From an uncultured bacterium (GTDB lineage: Bacteria; Fidelibacterota; Marinisomatia; Marinisomatales; UBA1611): a stretch of 64,000 bases of DNA. The first letter of the stretch is position 1. The number at the start of each line of letters is the position of its first letter. Below, one piece after another: positions 10,017 to 19,605 of the stretch. The notes beneath the pieces are model-generated. The model searched no databases. It had not been told where the DNA came from and worked only from the letters and a program-made list of their open reading frames with translations. The stretch lies in contig CBFIBM010000007.1 in NCBI GenBank assembly GCA_965660855.1, positions 1-64,000 on the forward strand, read 5' to 3'. A program made the translations under genes and the position numbers.

Positions 10017-10080
10017 AGATTTTTTTCCAGGTTTTAAAATAATAAATTATTTATAATATCGTTTATTTAAGACTTTTAAA

Positions 10081-10887
10081 TTATTTACTTTTAGGCATTT
10101 TTGCCCCACAATTATTACAAAAATTTGCAGTTTTAGTTTGATTATTATCATTACAAACTATACATACACTTTTTTGAGGATCCGTTGTAAAAGTCATTGT
10201 AGAAGTTACTATACCAGTTGGGACTGCTATAATCGAGTATCCCAATATCATTATAATAGCAGCAATAGCTTGTCCCATGTTTGTTTGAGGAGAAATATCT
10301 CCGTAGCCAACAGTTGTTAAAGTAACTATACTCCAATAAATACTTCTTGGAATGCTATCAAAGCCAGATTTTTCACCTTCAATTATATACATTATAGATC
10401 CCAGTATAATGACCAAATTGATTACAAAAAATAAATAAACAAATATCTTTCTTCGGCTTGCAAGCATCGCTTCTTTTAATAATTCAGCTTCTCCCATAAA
10501 TTGGATTAATTTTAAAACCCTGAAGACTCTCAAGACTCTTAATACTCTAATTACAGAAAAAACTTGTGCACCCGGAAGAATAATACTTAAATAAGTTGGA
10601 ATTATTGATAATAAATCAATTATACCAAAAAAACTAAAAACATAAATAGTGGGTCTCCTAACACTTATAATCCTTAGAAAATACTCTAAAGTAAAAAGAA
10701 TTGTAAAAATGAATTCAGCACTTTTAAATAGAGTTCCATACTTTGCACTTAACTCTTCGACACTATCAAGCATAACGAGCAATACACTAAGCAAAATTGA
10801 TATAATTAGTACGAGATCAAATACTTTCCCTGCGGTAGTATTAGTCCCAAAAATAATTATTTTAATTTTTTCTCTTAATAATTTCAT
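10081..10887 (-). CDS. voltage-gated potassium channel-like ion transporter
   Basis: S4-like RVLRVLRVFRVLK, selectivity filter TVGYGD, C-terminal CxxC..CxxC. Confidence 0.9.
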   Translation of the reverse strand: MKLLREKIKIIIFGTNTTAGKVFDLVLIISILLSVLLVMLDSVEELSAKYGTLFKSAEFIFTILFTLEYFLRIISVRRPTIYVFSFFGIIDLLSIIPTYLSIILPGAQVFSVIRVLRVLRVFRVLKLIQFMGEAELLKEAMLASRRKIFVYLFFVINLVIILGSIMYIIEGEKSGFDSIPRSIYWSIVTLTTVGYGDISPQTNMGQAIAAIIMILGYSIIAVPTGIVTSTMTFTTDPQKSVCIVCNDNNQTKTANFCNNCGAKMPKSK

Positions 10888-10927
10888 GATTTATTAATTT
10901 TGATAAAACTAATGAATAAATTTATTA

Positions 10928-11245
10928 TTAATTAAACCAAACCCCAATACCAGAGGCCCTTAAATTTAGAGATAACATTTTTTCAATATCTAAGGCATCT
11001 TTTCGCGTAGGAATTGGGTTGTACTTCTCATAAAGATCTGGCCGAAGCTTCAGGCCAAATTTTTTTGCATATTTATTGGCTTTATAACCTTCTTTATGTT
11101 GCTCAAATCTAATTTCGGGCTTTCTAAAAGATTGACCAATATAAAAACACTTTTTTCCATTTATGTAGTTTGGATTTTGAAATCTAAATTTTTTATTTTT
11201 TGAAATAGAGGGATCTAATTCAATTACATAACAATAATAATACAT
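10928..11245 (-). CDS. small GIY-YIG-like nuclease family protein
   Basis: YCYVIEL...FYIGQS...RFEQH...E pattern. Confidence 0.65.
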   Translation of the reverse strand: MYYYCYVIELDPSISKNKKFRFQNPNYINGKKCFYIGQSFRKPEIRFEQHKEGYKANKYAKKFGLKLRPDLYEKYNPIPTRKDALDIEKMLSLNLRASGIGVWFN

Positions 11246-11247
11246 TT

Positions 11248-11667
11248 TTAAATTTTTTTGATTTTCATTATGTATCTTTTTTTGTGAGATTTATTAAAAT
11301 ATAGATTTTTTCTAAAATCTTTTGTTTTTGTAATATCACTTTTCTTATCGTACCACTTCCAAACGCCAGACGAATCTCCATTATTAAAATATCCCTCCAT
11401 CTTAATGAGTCCAGAAGAAGACCACCTTGTAATTAATCCATGCTTTCGACCTTTATAAAATGTATATCTCCATTCAGCTTGACCATTATCATAATATAAT
11501 TTTACTAAACCATCTAATTTTTCTTTTGAGTAAGTCTCTGTTAGTCTTCGATTGTGCGGGTAAACATTATTTTTAGTTATTGAATCATCGCTCGCATTTA
11601 TTTTAAAAATAAAAATAAAAAGGGTAAATATTTTTACAGAATAGGAATTACTTTTGAAAAAACCCAT
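11248..11667 (-). CDS. MORN-variant repeat (YwqK-like) protein
   Basis: Repeats of G.vk.YY.NG / G.KHG..W / G.WKWY. Confidence 0.7.
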   Translation of the reverse strand: MGFFKSNSYSVKIFTLFIFIFKINASDDSITKNNVYPHNRRLTETYSKEKLDGLVKLYYDNGQAEWRYTFYKGRKHGLITRWSSSGLIKMEGYFNNGDSSGVWKWYDKKSDITKTKDFRKNLYFNKSHKKRYIMKIKKI

Positions 11668-11886
11668 AAATACCTTGTATCAAAACTAATATACCAATTA
11701 TCATAGGGATAATTACAGTGTGTTTAATTGAAATTCCAATAATAAGAAAAGCAATCAATATAAAGAATATATGAATTGTATTTTTAGTCAAGGCAGATCT
11801 TTTGTGTAATAATTTGTTAAAATATACATAAAAATCATATATTTTTTATCCGCTTAATTTTATTTCTAGAAAAAAAACTTTTTAAG

Positions 11887-11916
11887 TTGCTAATAGTTTT
11901 CTTGAAGTTCTATAAT
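11887..11916 (+). promoter_or_regulatory. putative sigma70 promoter
   Basis: TTGCTA-18 nt-TATAAT. Confidence 0.4.
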
Positions 11917-11920
11917 TGAT

Positions 11921-12053
11921 GACCTCTTTTTGTCTAATTTTGAAAAAAAGAAGACTTAAAGAAAGAGGATGACAAATGAAATAAAGTTGGAATAAAAATT
12001 TTTCGACTTAAGGAAAAGGCTTCGGGTTGGCGCTAGAAGCCTTTTCGTATTTT
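11921..12053 (+). ncRNA. candidate small RNA upstream of tmRNA
   Basis: Lies between the promoter and a terminator-like hairpin. Internal stem CCTCTTTT/GAAAGAGG. No substantial ORF. Confidence 0.3.
12013..12053 (+). terminator. intrinsic terminator-like hairpin
   Basis: Perfect 11-bp stem GAAAAGGCTTC/GAAGCCTTTTC, 12-nt loop, T-rich tail. Confidence 0.6.
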
Positions 12054-12088
12054 ATAGATTGTGAGATTATCCAAGCTTTTTGAAAATT

Positions 12089-12442
12089 GGGGGCGATCGG
12101 TTTCGACGGGGAATAAGATGTGTTGAGCTGCACGCGGAGAATGACAGTCTTCTCCTAAATCAACTGTCACAACAATAAATGCCGATAACGGCTACATGGC
12201 TGCAGCTTAGTCTCGCAGCTCGCTCTGACTTCGATTAACCTATGGTCTGAGTTAAGAGCGTCACAAGCATAGGTTCGTTTCGAATATGTCTACTAATTCG
12301 AGACTAAAAATATGTAGGCTAGCCTTTCCTGATTTGTGTCACTGATAAAAGGTAAAGCGAAGTTAAAATCAGATGACTAAGCATGTAGATGCTTTTCATT
12401 ACTTTTCTTCGGACGGGAGTTCGATTCTCCCCGCCTCCACCA
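12089..12442 (+). ncRNA. ssrA: tmRNA
   Basis: 5' GGGGGCGATCGGTTTCGAC; 3' GGGAGTTCGATTCTCCCCGCCTCCACCA; tag frame 12181-12210 reads ADNGYMAAA*. Confidence 0.97.
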
Positions 12443-12455
12443 AGATATTAATGAT

Positions 12456-15128
12456 TTAAAAACCATATTTAAAAAACAATGTGGGTGTTAGCCCAAACAT
12501 CACAACATTTTTACTTCGATTTTGATTTAAGTAAGGGTTGAATCGCCTATGACTCACAACCTTATTATCATATAAATTATGTATAGATAATCCTAGGTCT
12601 GCTTTATTTTTTTTGATAAAAAATTTTCTTGAAAAGTTAATATCTAAACGATGAGAAGCTTTTAGACGTTTTGAATTTTGATTATCACTTATGACACTTT
12701 GATAGCCGCTTTGGATATAAATATTCTCTTCAGGAGTAAAGACAGCTCCTGAAGAGATAATCCACATAGCTGTAAAGTCCCAATTAAATATTTTCAAAAG
12801 AGAAATAGTTTTTAATTCATGCCTTCTATTATGATTTGGAGTATAGTTCTCTGAATTATTCAAATTCTTAAAATTATATAAAGATTTATTGAAGCTGTAA
12901 GATATCCACCCTGTAAAAAAACCGTTCTTTTTCCTTATAAAAAATTCGAGACCCGTAGACCTGCCAGTCCCGATTTCTAAGTCAATTGATTCTAAATTAT
13001 CTTCCAAGTCAATCTCTATTGCTTCATAAAAAGATTTATTTAGTAGAAACATATTTTTATAAGATTTATTATATATACTTGCAGAAATACTAAAGTTCTC
13101 CTTATCTAGAAAAGTACCAAAAGAGGTATTTTTTGATTCAGATACAGGAATTTTAGATGAGGATAGGAGCCATATATTCTGACTAGATTGGGTACTTCCA
13201 ATATTATCTCTTTGATGTAAAAATTGATAAATTTTATTAAAGGTACATTCTAAAGTAATAGTGCTCTTTGGTTTTATATACAGAGATAACCTTGGTGAAT
13301 TATAAAACTTCTCAGTTCCTGTAAAATAAGAAGTACGGCTTCCTATTTGAATTTTGAAATATTTATTAGCTGAGAAAAGATCTTCTATTGATCCAGAAAT
13401 AATATTTGTTTTTTGCTCTAGGTAACTTCTATTACTTTGTAGCCCGTCCATTATAATATTTTTTAAAATATTTTTATAATGAGTATCTTCGACATTAAAC
13501 GAAAAATTATGATTTTTTAGTCCTTTATAGGTTTGACTAATTTTAAATACTTGATTGGTTAAAGAATTAGTTTCTTGAAAATCTCCAATTGGAATTTCTG
13601 AACTATCTAATAGTTGTTCTTGTAATGAATAATATTTATTTGAGTATTTATATTTTGAAAAAGATATTTTTGATTTGTATGATTTGCTCCAATTAGAAAA
13701 CCAATTCAATATTTGACCATTACTAGTTCCATTAGTGTTGCTACGAAATTGAACTGAATCATTGGCAAAAATATTATCAAATCCAAAATAATTTCTCTTT
13801 TCAGTGATTATATCTTTTCCATAAACAAAAGTTTGTGATAATCTATGATTTGGCGATGCTAGAAAAGATATTTTTCCGATGAAATCACTATAAATCGTAT
13901 TTATATCAAAACTTGAAGTTTTTGTATCCTGAGAATTAGCGATCTCAGAGATAAGATTAAACTGGTCATCTCCTGTAATATAGGTTTTAATTGATTCATA
14001 TAAATTTGAAGGTGAAACATTATCTAAAGATTGTCTGTAATTAATGATGAAATTTGTTTTATTCGATAAGGGTGCTTCAAAAGACAAAGAATTACTCATA
14101 AAATTACTTGATATTGATGCTTTTGGTTTTAATCCGTCTCCATTTTTAGTAGTTAGGCGGATTACACTTGATAAATATCCACCATATTGAGAAGGAATAT
14201 TGCTTTTGTATACCTGAATATTTTTAATGGAATGCGGAGGGATACTACTTAAAAAACCAAATAAATGATGTTTTTGATAAATTGCCATTCCATCAATTGT
14301 AATTAAGTTTTGATCAGATTCACCACCCCTAATAAATAACCCTGAAGGACCATTATTAAAAAGTTGAATTCCCGGTAAAAATTGTAATGTTCTAAAAATA
14401 TCAACTTCCCCTAAGTTAGGTAAATTAGCTATATGTTTTGGTGAAAAAGAAATCTGACCGTGGGTTCCAGGAATATCTAAAAATTCTTTATTATGGCCTG
14501 TAATAGATATTGTTTCAGACTCTAATATTTTTGGGGTTAATTCAATTTTAAAATGTTTATTGTTATCCGTGGCCTTTTCAATTATTAAGTATTTATGATG
14601 ATAACCAATATATCTTATTTGAAGTGTACATTTTGGAACAGAAATATTTAAAAATGAGAATTCTCCGTTTTGATCAGTAACATCTCCAATATTTTTTTGT
14701 GAATCAAAAACATTAGCAAAAACAATAATCTCCTTAGTCTCAATATCCTTGACTATACCTGATATTGAAAAAGAGTTATCATCCTTTTTTTTATAAATTA
14801 TAAACTGTGCATCAATTTTTTTCCACTCTAAGCCTGCGTTAGTTACTATTATTTCTAGAGCTTCAACTTCAGAGCAATTCTCGCATTTAGCATTAATTTT
14901 TGGGTTTTCAAGTTGATCTGAATATGCTATGGAGAGACCATACTGTTCGATTAAACTACTTATAGCTTTTTTTAATTTTACATCATGAAATTTAAATTCA
15001 ATTGAATTCCCATCTGACAATGCATATATTGATGATATAGCAGGGAAAAATATAAATAAATGTTTTGCTAATACTAATACTTTGAATTTACGATATGGTA
15101 TATTTATCACCATCAAATTTAACCTCAC
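12456..15128 (-). CDS. TonB-dependent receptor/transducer with N-terminal signalling and carboxypeptidase-regulatory-like domains
   Basis: Plug motifs LPGI..IRGG..DQNL..IDG and YGG..SSVI; barrel ending in YGF. The true start may be slightly downstream. Confidence 0.9.
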   Translation of the reverse strand: MRLNLMVINIPYRKFKVLVLAKHLFIFFPAISSIYALSDGNSIEFKFHDVKLKKAISSLIEQYGLSIAYSDQLENPKINAKCENCSEVEALEIIVTNAGLEWKKIDAQFIIYKKKDDNSFSISGIVKDIETKEIIVFANVFDSQKNIGDVTDQNGEFSFLNISVPKCTLQIRYIGYHHKYLIIEKATDNNKHFKIELTPKILESETISITGHNKEFLDIPGTHGQISFSPKHIANLPNLGEVDIFRTLQFLPGIQLFNNGPSGLFIRGGESDQNLITIDGMAIYQKHHLFGFLSSIPPHSIKNIQVYKSNIPSQYGGYLSSVIRLTTKNGDGLKPKASISSNFMSNSLSFEAPLSNKTNFIINYRQSLDNVSPSNLYESIKTYITGDDQFNLISEIANSQDTKTSSFDINTIYSDFIGKISFLASPNHRLSQTFVYGKDIITEKRNYFGFDNIFANDSVQFRSNTNGTSNGQILNWFSNWSKSYKSKISFSKYKYSNKYYSLQEQLLDSSEIPIGDFQETNSLTNQVFKISQTYKGLKNHNFSFNVEDTHYKNILKNIIMDGLQSNRSYLEQKTNIISGSIEDLFSANKYFKIQIGSRTSYFTGTEKFYNSPRLSLYIKPKSTITLECTFNKIYQFLHQRDNIGSTQSSQNIWLLSSSKIPVSESKNTSFGTFLDKENFSISASIYNKSYKNMFLLNKSFYEAIEIDLEDNLESIDLEIGTGRSTGLEFFIRKKNGFFTGWISYSFNKSLYNFKNLNNSENYTPNHNRRHELKTISLLKIFNWDFTAMWIISSGAVFTPEENIYIQSGYQSVISDNQNSKRLKASHRLDINFSRKFFIKKNKADLGLSIHNLYDNKVVSHRRFNPYLNQNRSKNVVMFGLTPTLFFKYGF

Positions 15129-15951
15129 AAGGGCTTAATAAAGATAGTGCATTCAAAGCATCATTTAAATTTTTAGCATTAATAATACCAGAGACAGTTA
15201 ACGTTCGTAGCTCAGGTCTTGAAATTTTAATCACAACATCAAATATTCTTTCAAGCTCTAAACAGACCTGGGCAAGCGATCTATTATCACAATGAATCTT
15301 ATCGTACCTCCAGCTAGGGTATTCAAAATAGGTTTGATTTAAAATTTGATTCTTAGTTTTAGATATTTGTATACATTCACCTTTATTAAGCTCTTGAGAT
15401 TTAGATTTAGATTTTAACTTCACTCGTCCTTCGTTAACACCAAGTTCATAACCTTCAGGTCTATTTTTAATATTAAATGCGGTTCCTAAAACTTCTACAT
15501 TAGCATAATTAGATTCAACGATAAATGGTAATGTTCCTTTAGCAATCTCAAAATATGCTTCACCATAAAGTTTAATATTTCGATGCTCAATATTAAACTT
15601 TTCATCATATGATATAGAGCTTACAGAGTTTAAATAAATTTTAGATCCATCCAGTAAGGAGATAGTTTTCTTCTCACCAGCATATGTGGATATTTCAATA
15701 TTTGAATTACCATAAAAAATGATCAAGAGTAACACCAAACTTAAAATCGGGGCAAAAATAAATTTTGGGTTTAAAATACTCCAATTCAAATTTATGAAAG
15801 ATCCTTGTTTTTTATTAAGGAGATTTTCAGACCTATCTAATATTTGTATTCTTTGTTCAAGGCGTTCCCAAACGATTTCTTTTTTTGGAGGTGTAGGCAA
15901 TTGTTTTTGAGCGCTAAGTGTCCAGATATATTTTTCTTTCTTTTCGATTAT
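15088..15951 (-). CDS. FecR-family anti-sigma factor
   Basis: TM helix, then LLDGSKIYLN, GEAYFEI, VLGTAFN, V.EGRV. Start extended to ATA 15951 behind AAGGAG (track start is TTG 15900). Confidence 0.85.
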   Translation of the reverse strand: MIEKKEKYIWTLSAQKQLPTPPKKEIVWERLEQRIQILDRSENLLNKKQGSFINLNWSILNPKFIFAPILSLVLLLIIFYGNSNIEISTYAGEKKTISLLDGSKIYLNSVSSISYDEKFNIEHRNIKLYGEAYFEIAKGTLPFIVESNYANVEVLGTAFNIKNRPEGYELGVNEGRVKLKSKSKSQELNKGECIQISKTKNQILNQTYFEYPSWRYDKIHCDNRSLAQVCLELERIFDVVIKISRPELRTLTVSGIINAKNLNDALNALSLLSPCEVKFDGDKYTIS

Positions 15952-16004
15952 TTATTACTCCTTTGTTCTAGTACCAATGTTAACGAAATCTATTGCATAA
16001 ATAC

Positions 16005-16550
16005 TCATAAATAATTTTTCAAATGTTTTTTTAAGATTTTAAGAGATCGATAAATTTGATTTTCAACTGTTCGAATACTTAAAGACAAAATTTCTGCAAT
16101 TTCTGAGTTTGTTTTTCCTTCTATCCTGCTTAGTATAAAAATATTTTTACATTTTTCAGGAAGTTCTTTATTAACTAAATCTTGGATTTTTTCTTGTAGT
16201 ATTTCAACATCTGTCATGGATTGAGGATTATCATAATGTGACTTGGAAAAATCTGGAATTTTTTCTCTGTGCCTATTTCTTACTTCAAGATGTCTGAAGT
16301 GATCATAGCATAGATTGGTTGAAATACGTGCAATTAATGAGAAAAATGATTTTTCAGGTATAATTTTCTTACGAGTTTTCCATACTCTCAAAAAGGTTTC
16401 TTGAGTTATATCTTCTGCTAAATCGCTATCTTTTGTTTTGTAAAAAACAAATCTAAATAGACTGTCATGATAAGTTGAAAAAAGTTTTTTAAACGACTTT
16501 TTATCAGAATTTTTTACGTTTTGTAATATTTTTTGTTCTTTTTCCATCAT
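16005..16550 (-). CDS. ECF RNA polymerase sigma-70 factor
   Basis: AEDITQETFLRVW (region 2) and EIAEILSLSIRTVENQIYR (region 4); adjacent to fecR. Confidence 0.92.
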   Translation of the reverse strand: MMEKEQKILQNVKNSDKKSFKKLFSTYHDSLFRFVFYKTKDSDLAEDITQETFLRVWKTRKKIIPEKSFFSLIARISTNLCYDHFRHLEVRNRHREKIPDFSKSHYDNPQSMTDVEILQEKIQDLVNKELPEKCKNIFILSRIEGKTNSEIAEILSLSIRTVENQIYRSLKILKKHLKNYL

Positions 16551-16653
16551 TTAGACTTTGAAGTATAGTTTAAAAAAACAAAACTTGATAAACAGAAATA
16601 GATTTTAGAAATTATAATAATTATTTTTATCAGCTAGAATTATAACAATAGGT

Positions 16654-17637
16654 TTGAATAGTTATAAATTTAGGCACCAAATGAATTATATTTTAAACAA
16701 TATATATAAAATTATCCCAATTATAACATTACTGATGATTTTTTCAGGATGTTCTTCTATTAGGGGTCCAGTCTATCCTGAAATAATTTATAATAATCGT
16801 CAGCCACTCATTTCTGTAACTTATGAGTATGGAGAGATAGAATTAATTCTACCATTAAAATATGATGCTGCAATTCCAGATAATATTTTATTTAAGGTAT
16901 ATGCTCAAGGCGATACAGTTCACCCAATATTATCTATTTTACAGGAATCACCTAAAGATTTCTTAGCATATTTGCCACAAGGTGTTTTAGACATCCAAAA
17001 TAAAACAAATATTGTAAAAATTATTCCTCAGGATAGTAATTTTGATCCTGTTCAAGTTCGTTTTAAAGGCATAAGGTTCGGGAGGTTAACACTTCCAAGA
17101 AAGACTATTAAGATGGGACAATTAGTTGTAAAAGGAAAAACTTTTTTAAATAAAAATGATTCCATTATTGCTGGTGCATCAATTACTTTGCAAAATTTTG
17201 ATAATATAATTAATGCGACAAGTTCAAATAGGTCTGGATATTTTCAAATTGCGATTCCTGGAGAATATAAATATGCAGAGCATTTACGAATTGTTGCCGG
17301 TGAAAATCTAATTTTTAAACCGTTTGCAAAAAAATTAGACTTTAAAGAAAGTCGTAAAAAAAATCTAAATATTGGATTAGGTCCGTCTAATGATCTAAAA
17401 GAACCATTGTATATGACAAATAAAGATAATGTGCACTTTAGGAAAAGCCCTGAAATAGGGTCAGAAACATTATTTTTATTAAAAGAAGGTGAGGTTATTT
17501 CAGTTGATAGAGTTACACCAGGAGAATATTTTGGTTTTATAGAAGTTCTTTTGGAGGATAAAAAACTGATTCAATTAGAAGGTTGGGTAAATCGATCTGA
17601 TTTAAGATTGTTAAATTTTAATAACATATATAAATGA
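16654..17637 (+). CDS. lipoprotein with C-terminal SH3b-like domain
   Basis: Lipobox FSGC; NVHFRKSP..GS....L..GE....GWV. Start is probably ATG 16681. Confidence 0.7.
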   Translation: MNSYKFRHQMNYILNNIYKIIPIITLLMIFSGCSSIRGPVYPEIIYNNRQPLISVTYEYGEIELILPLKYDAAIPDNILFKVYAQGDTVHPILSILQESPKDFLAYLPQGVLDIQNKTNIVKIIPQDSNFDPVQVRFKGIRFGRLTLPRKTIKMGQLVVKGKTFLNKNDSIIAGASITLQNFDNIINATSSNRSGYFQIAIPGEYKYAEHLRIVAGENLIFKPFAKKLDFKESRKKNLNIGLGPSNDLKEPLYMTNKDNVHFRKSPEIGSETLFLLKEGEVISVDRVTPGEYFGFIEVLLEDKKLIQLEGWVNRSDLRLLNFNNIYK

Positions 17638-18131
17638 TATTCATAATGAAATTATTCAAAAATTTAATTTTCATCAGTTTAGCAGTTTTTCTATCTCTTA
17701 AAGCACAAATAAAACTAGATGTCAACACAATCCCGAATAGAGTTAATGTTTTTTTAGATGGAGTTAACTTAGGTCGTTCACCTATTGTAAATGAAAGAAT
17801 AAAACCTGGCTTACATAAATTTGAAATCAAAAAGAGCGGTTTTGCACCTTTATCTTATGAATTACTAGTGAACCCTGCTCAAGCTGTAAAATTAGATTTC
17901 TTTTTAAATCCTATATATGAAGTAAAGTTCAAAACAGAAGAAAAAGGACTTATCTTTGAAGTAAATGGAGAGCACAGATGGGATGTCCCATTGGTACGTT
18001 TAGAACTCGAAGCAGGTGAGCACTTCTTAAGAGTTTTTAAAATTGGCGAAATTATAGATGAACAGATGATAACGGTTGATGAACCAAAAAGGTTTAACTA
18101 TTTTCTACAAAAACCCCTTACATCAGACTAA
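17634..18131 (+). CDS. PEGA domain protein
   Basis: Signal peptide; NTIP..VFLDG..LGRSP....PGLH...KSGF. Confidence 0.8.
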   Translation: MIFIMKLFKNLIFISLAVFLSLKAQIKLDVNTIPNRVNVFLDGVNLGRSPIVNERIKPGLHKFEIKKSGFAPLSYELLVNPAQAVKLDFFLNPIYEVKFKTEEKGLIFEVNGEHRWDVPLVRLELEAGEHFLRVFKIGEIIDEQMITVDEPKRFNYFLQKPLTSD

Positions 18132-18136
18132 TCTCT

Positions 18137-19039
18137 ATGCAGAATTATATTTGGTTTATATTGCTTATATCTTGTCTTTTTTCTATGAGTCAAGAACCAA
18201 CGTATTTAGTATTAAACCATTTTGACCAAGAAATTCCAGAAGCTGAAAAATCACTTATAAAAAGTTTTAATAACTCTAAATTTGAATTTAATGAATCAAT
18301 AAAAAACATTTTTCTAGATTTAGATGATTTTGATAATCCTGCTTCAAGTCACATGGACATTATTAAAGAACTTGGTGCAGAGCATAAAGTTAATTTTATC
18401 TTATTAAATAAAATTGAACATAATGATGATAGGTTTATCTTAGACGGTTTGTTATTTAATACTCGGTCAGGTGGTTTGATTCATAGAAGGAAAATAGATC
18501 TAAAACAGTATTTAAATGGACAAATTAATGAACTTATTATGTGGGTTGGAAATACACTTGGTGTGCAGCAAAAAGATTGGCAGGAAAATAGAGAATCAAT
18601 TCTCTTTAGCGATCCAGAAGAAATAGAATATGAGAAAACTCCTATGGGCGCAGCAATCAGGAGTTTGATTGTCCCGGGGTGGGGTCAAGCCTATTCAAAT
18701 AAAAAAGTCTCTTCAAGAGTATGGTTTGGTGTAGAGGCATCACTAAGCCTAGCTTTCATTCTTAGTTATTTAAATTATGATATATCTGTTACAAATTTTT
18801 TAAAAAATTCAAATTCATATAATACAACTGATGATGAAAAACTAGTTTCAAAATACAGATTAGAAGCGGAAAGTGATTGGACAAATCACATAAAATACAG
18901 CAGACTCGCAATTGCCTTAGCATCCGCAACAGGAACAGGTTGGGTTTCAAATAGTATTCACGCGTGGGTATTTGGACCTCGGCCTTATACAAATATCTAT
19001 CAGGAATGGGGTTCCTCATCTAAATTAGAAGAGGGATAA
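18137..19039 (+). CDS. secreted/membrane protein with DUF5683-like C-terminus
   Basis: Signal peptide; KTPMGAAIRSLIVPGWGQAY followed by hydrophobic helices. Confidence 0.6.
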   Translation: MQNYIWFILLISCLFSMSQEPTYLVLNHFDQEIPEAEKSLIKSFNNSKFEFNESIKNIFLDLDDFDNPASSHMDIIKELGAEHKVNFILLNKIEHNDDRFILDGLLFNTRSGGLIHRRKIDLKQYLNGQINELIMWVGNTLGVQQKDWQENRESILFSDPEEIEYEKTPMGAAIRSLIVPGWGQAYSNKKVSSRVWFGVEASLSLAFILSYLNYDISVTNFLKNSNSYNTTDDEKLVSKYRLEAESDWTNHIKYSRLAIALASATGTGWVSNSIHAWVFGPRPYTNIYQEWGSSSKLEEG

Positions 19040-19041
19040 AT

Positions 19042-19605
19042 TTGAAAATAATTAATGATTATAAAATTCTTGGAATAATAGTTTTCATTACTTTTTCATG
19101 TAAGCTGTATAAAAAAGAATTTGATAACCCTGTAGATTATAAAGCAAATAGCGATTTGGGAATAAATGCACCTGCATTAGTATTTTACCCAAAAACACAA
19201 ACAATAAATGTTAATGAAACTCTTATAGTAGAGTCTGTTATCGTATTTCATGAAGATTCGATACAAGCTTTTTCTGGAGCGCATTTAAGAGTTCATTTTC
19301 CCAACCAATTAATTAAGCTTGATACAATAGTTCCAGGTCTGTTTATCACGGATACTAGTCAGTCAAATCCACTTTTTACCTATACTTTTGATGGGAATAA
19401 TATGATTGATATTTATACATATTTTTTATCCGAAAGTAAATATTTTATTGAAGGAACAGGGCATATTGCAGACATCATATTTACCGCTTTAGAAGGAGGT
19501 GTTGACAGTCTATACTATGATTTAGATTATTGTGAAATCATTAATGTATATGATGATGAGATTTCAATATTAGGTAAGAGAGGTGCCGAGGTAAAAATAG
19601 ATTGA
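19042..19605 (+). CDS. lipoprotein with cohesin-like domain
   Basis: Lipobox TFSC and NPVD motif. Cohesin-like pattern LVFYP..V....SGAHL.V.F...L....G...GTGHIA.I.F.A...G. Confidence 0.65.
   Translation: MKIINDYKILGIIVFITFSCKLYKKEFDNPVDYKANSDLGINAPALVFYPKTQTINVNETLIVESVIVFHEDSIQAFSGAHLRVHFPNQLIKLDTIVPGLFITDTSQSNPLFTYTFDGNNMIDIYTYFLSESKYFIEGTGHIADIIFTALEGGVDSLYYDLDYCEIINVYDDEISILGKRGAEVKID

Noticed and set aside
10017..10080. preQ1 riboswitch ahead of the que operon
   Set aside because: The 64-nt gap is AT-rich and has no recognisable preQ1 aptamer stem.
12442..16550. Island integrated at the tmRNA 3' end
   Set aside because: No integrase and no duplicated ssrA 3' fragment seen; composition matches the backbone.
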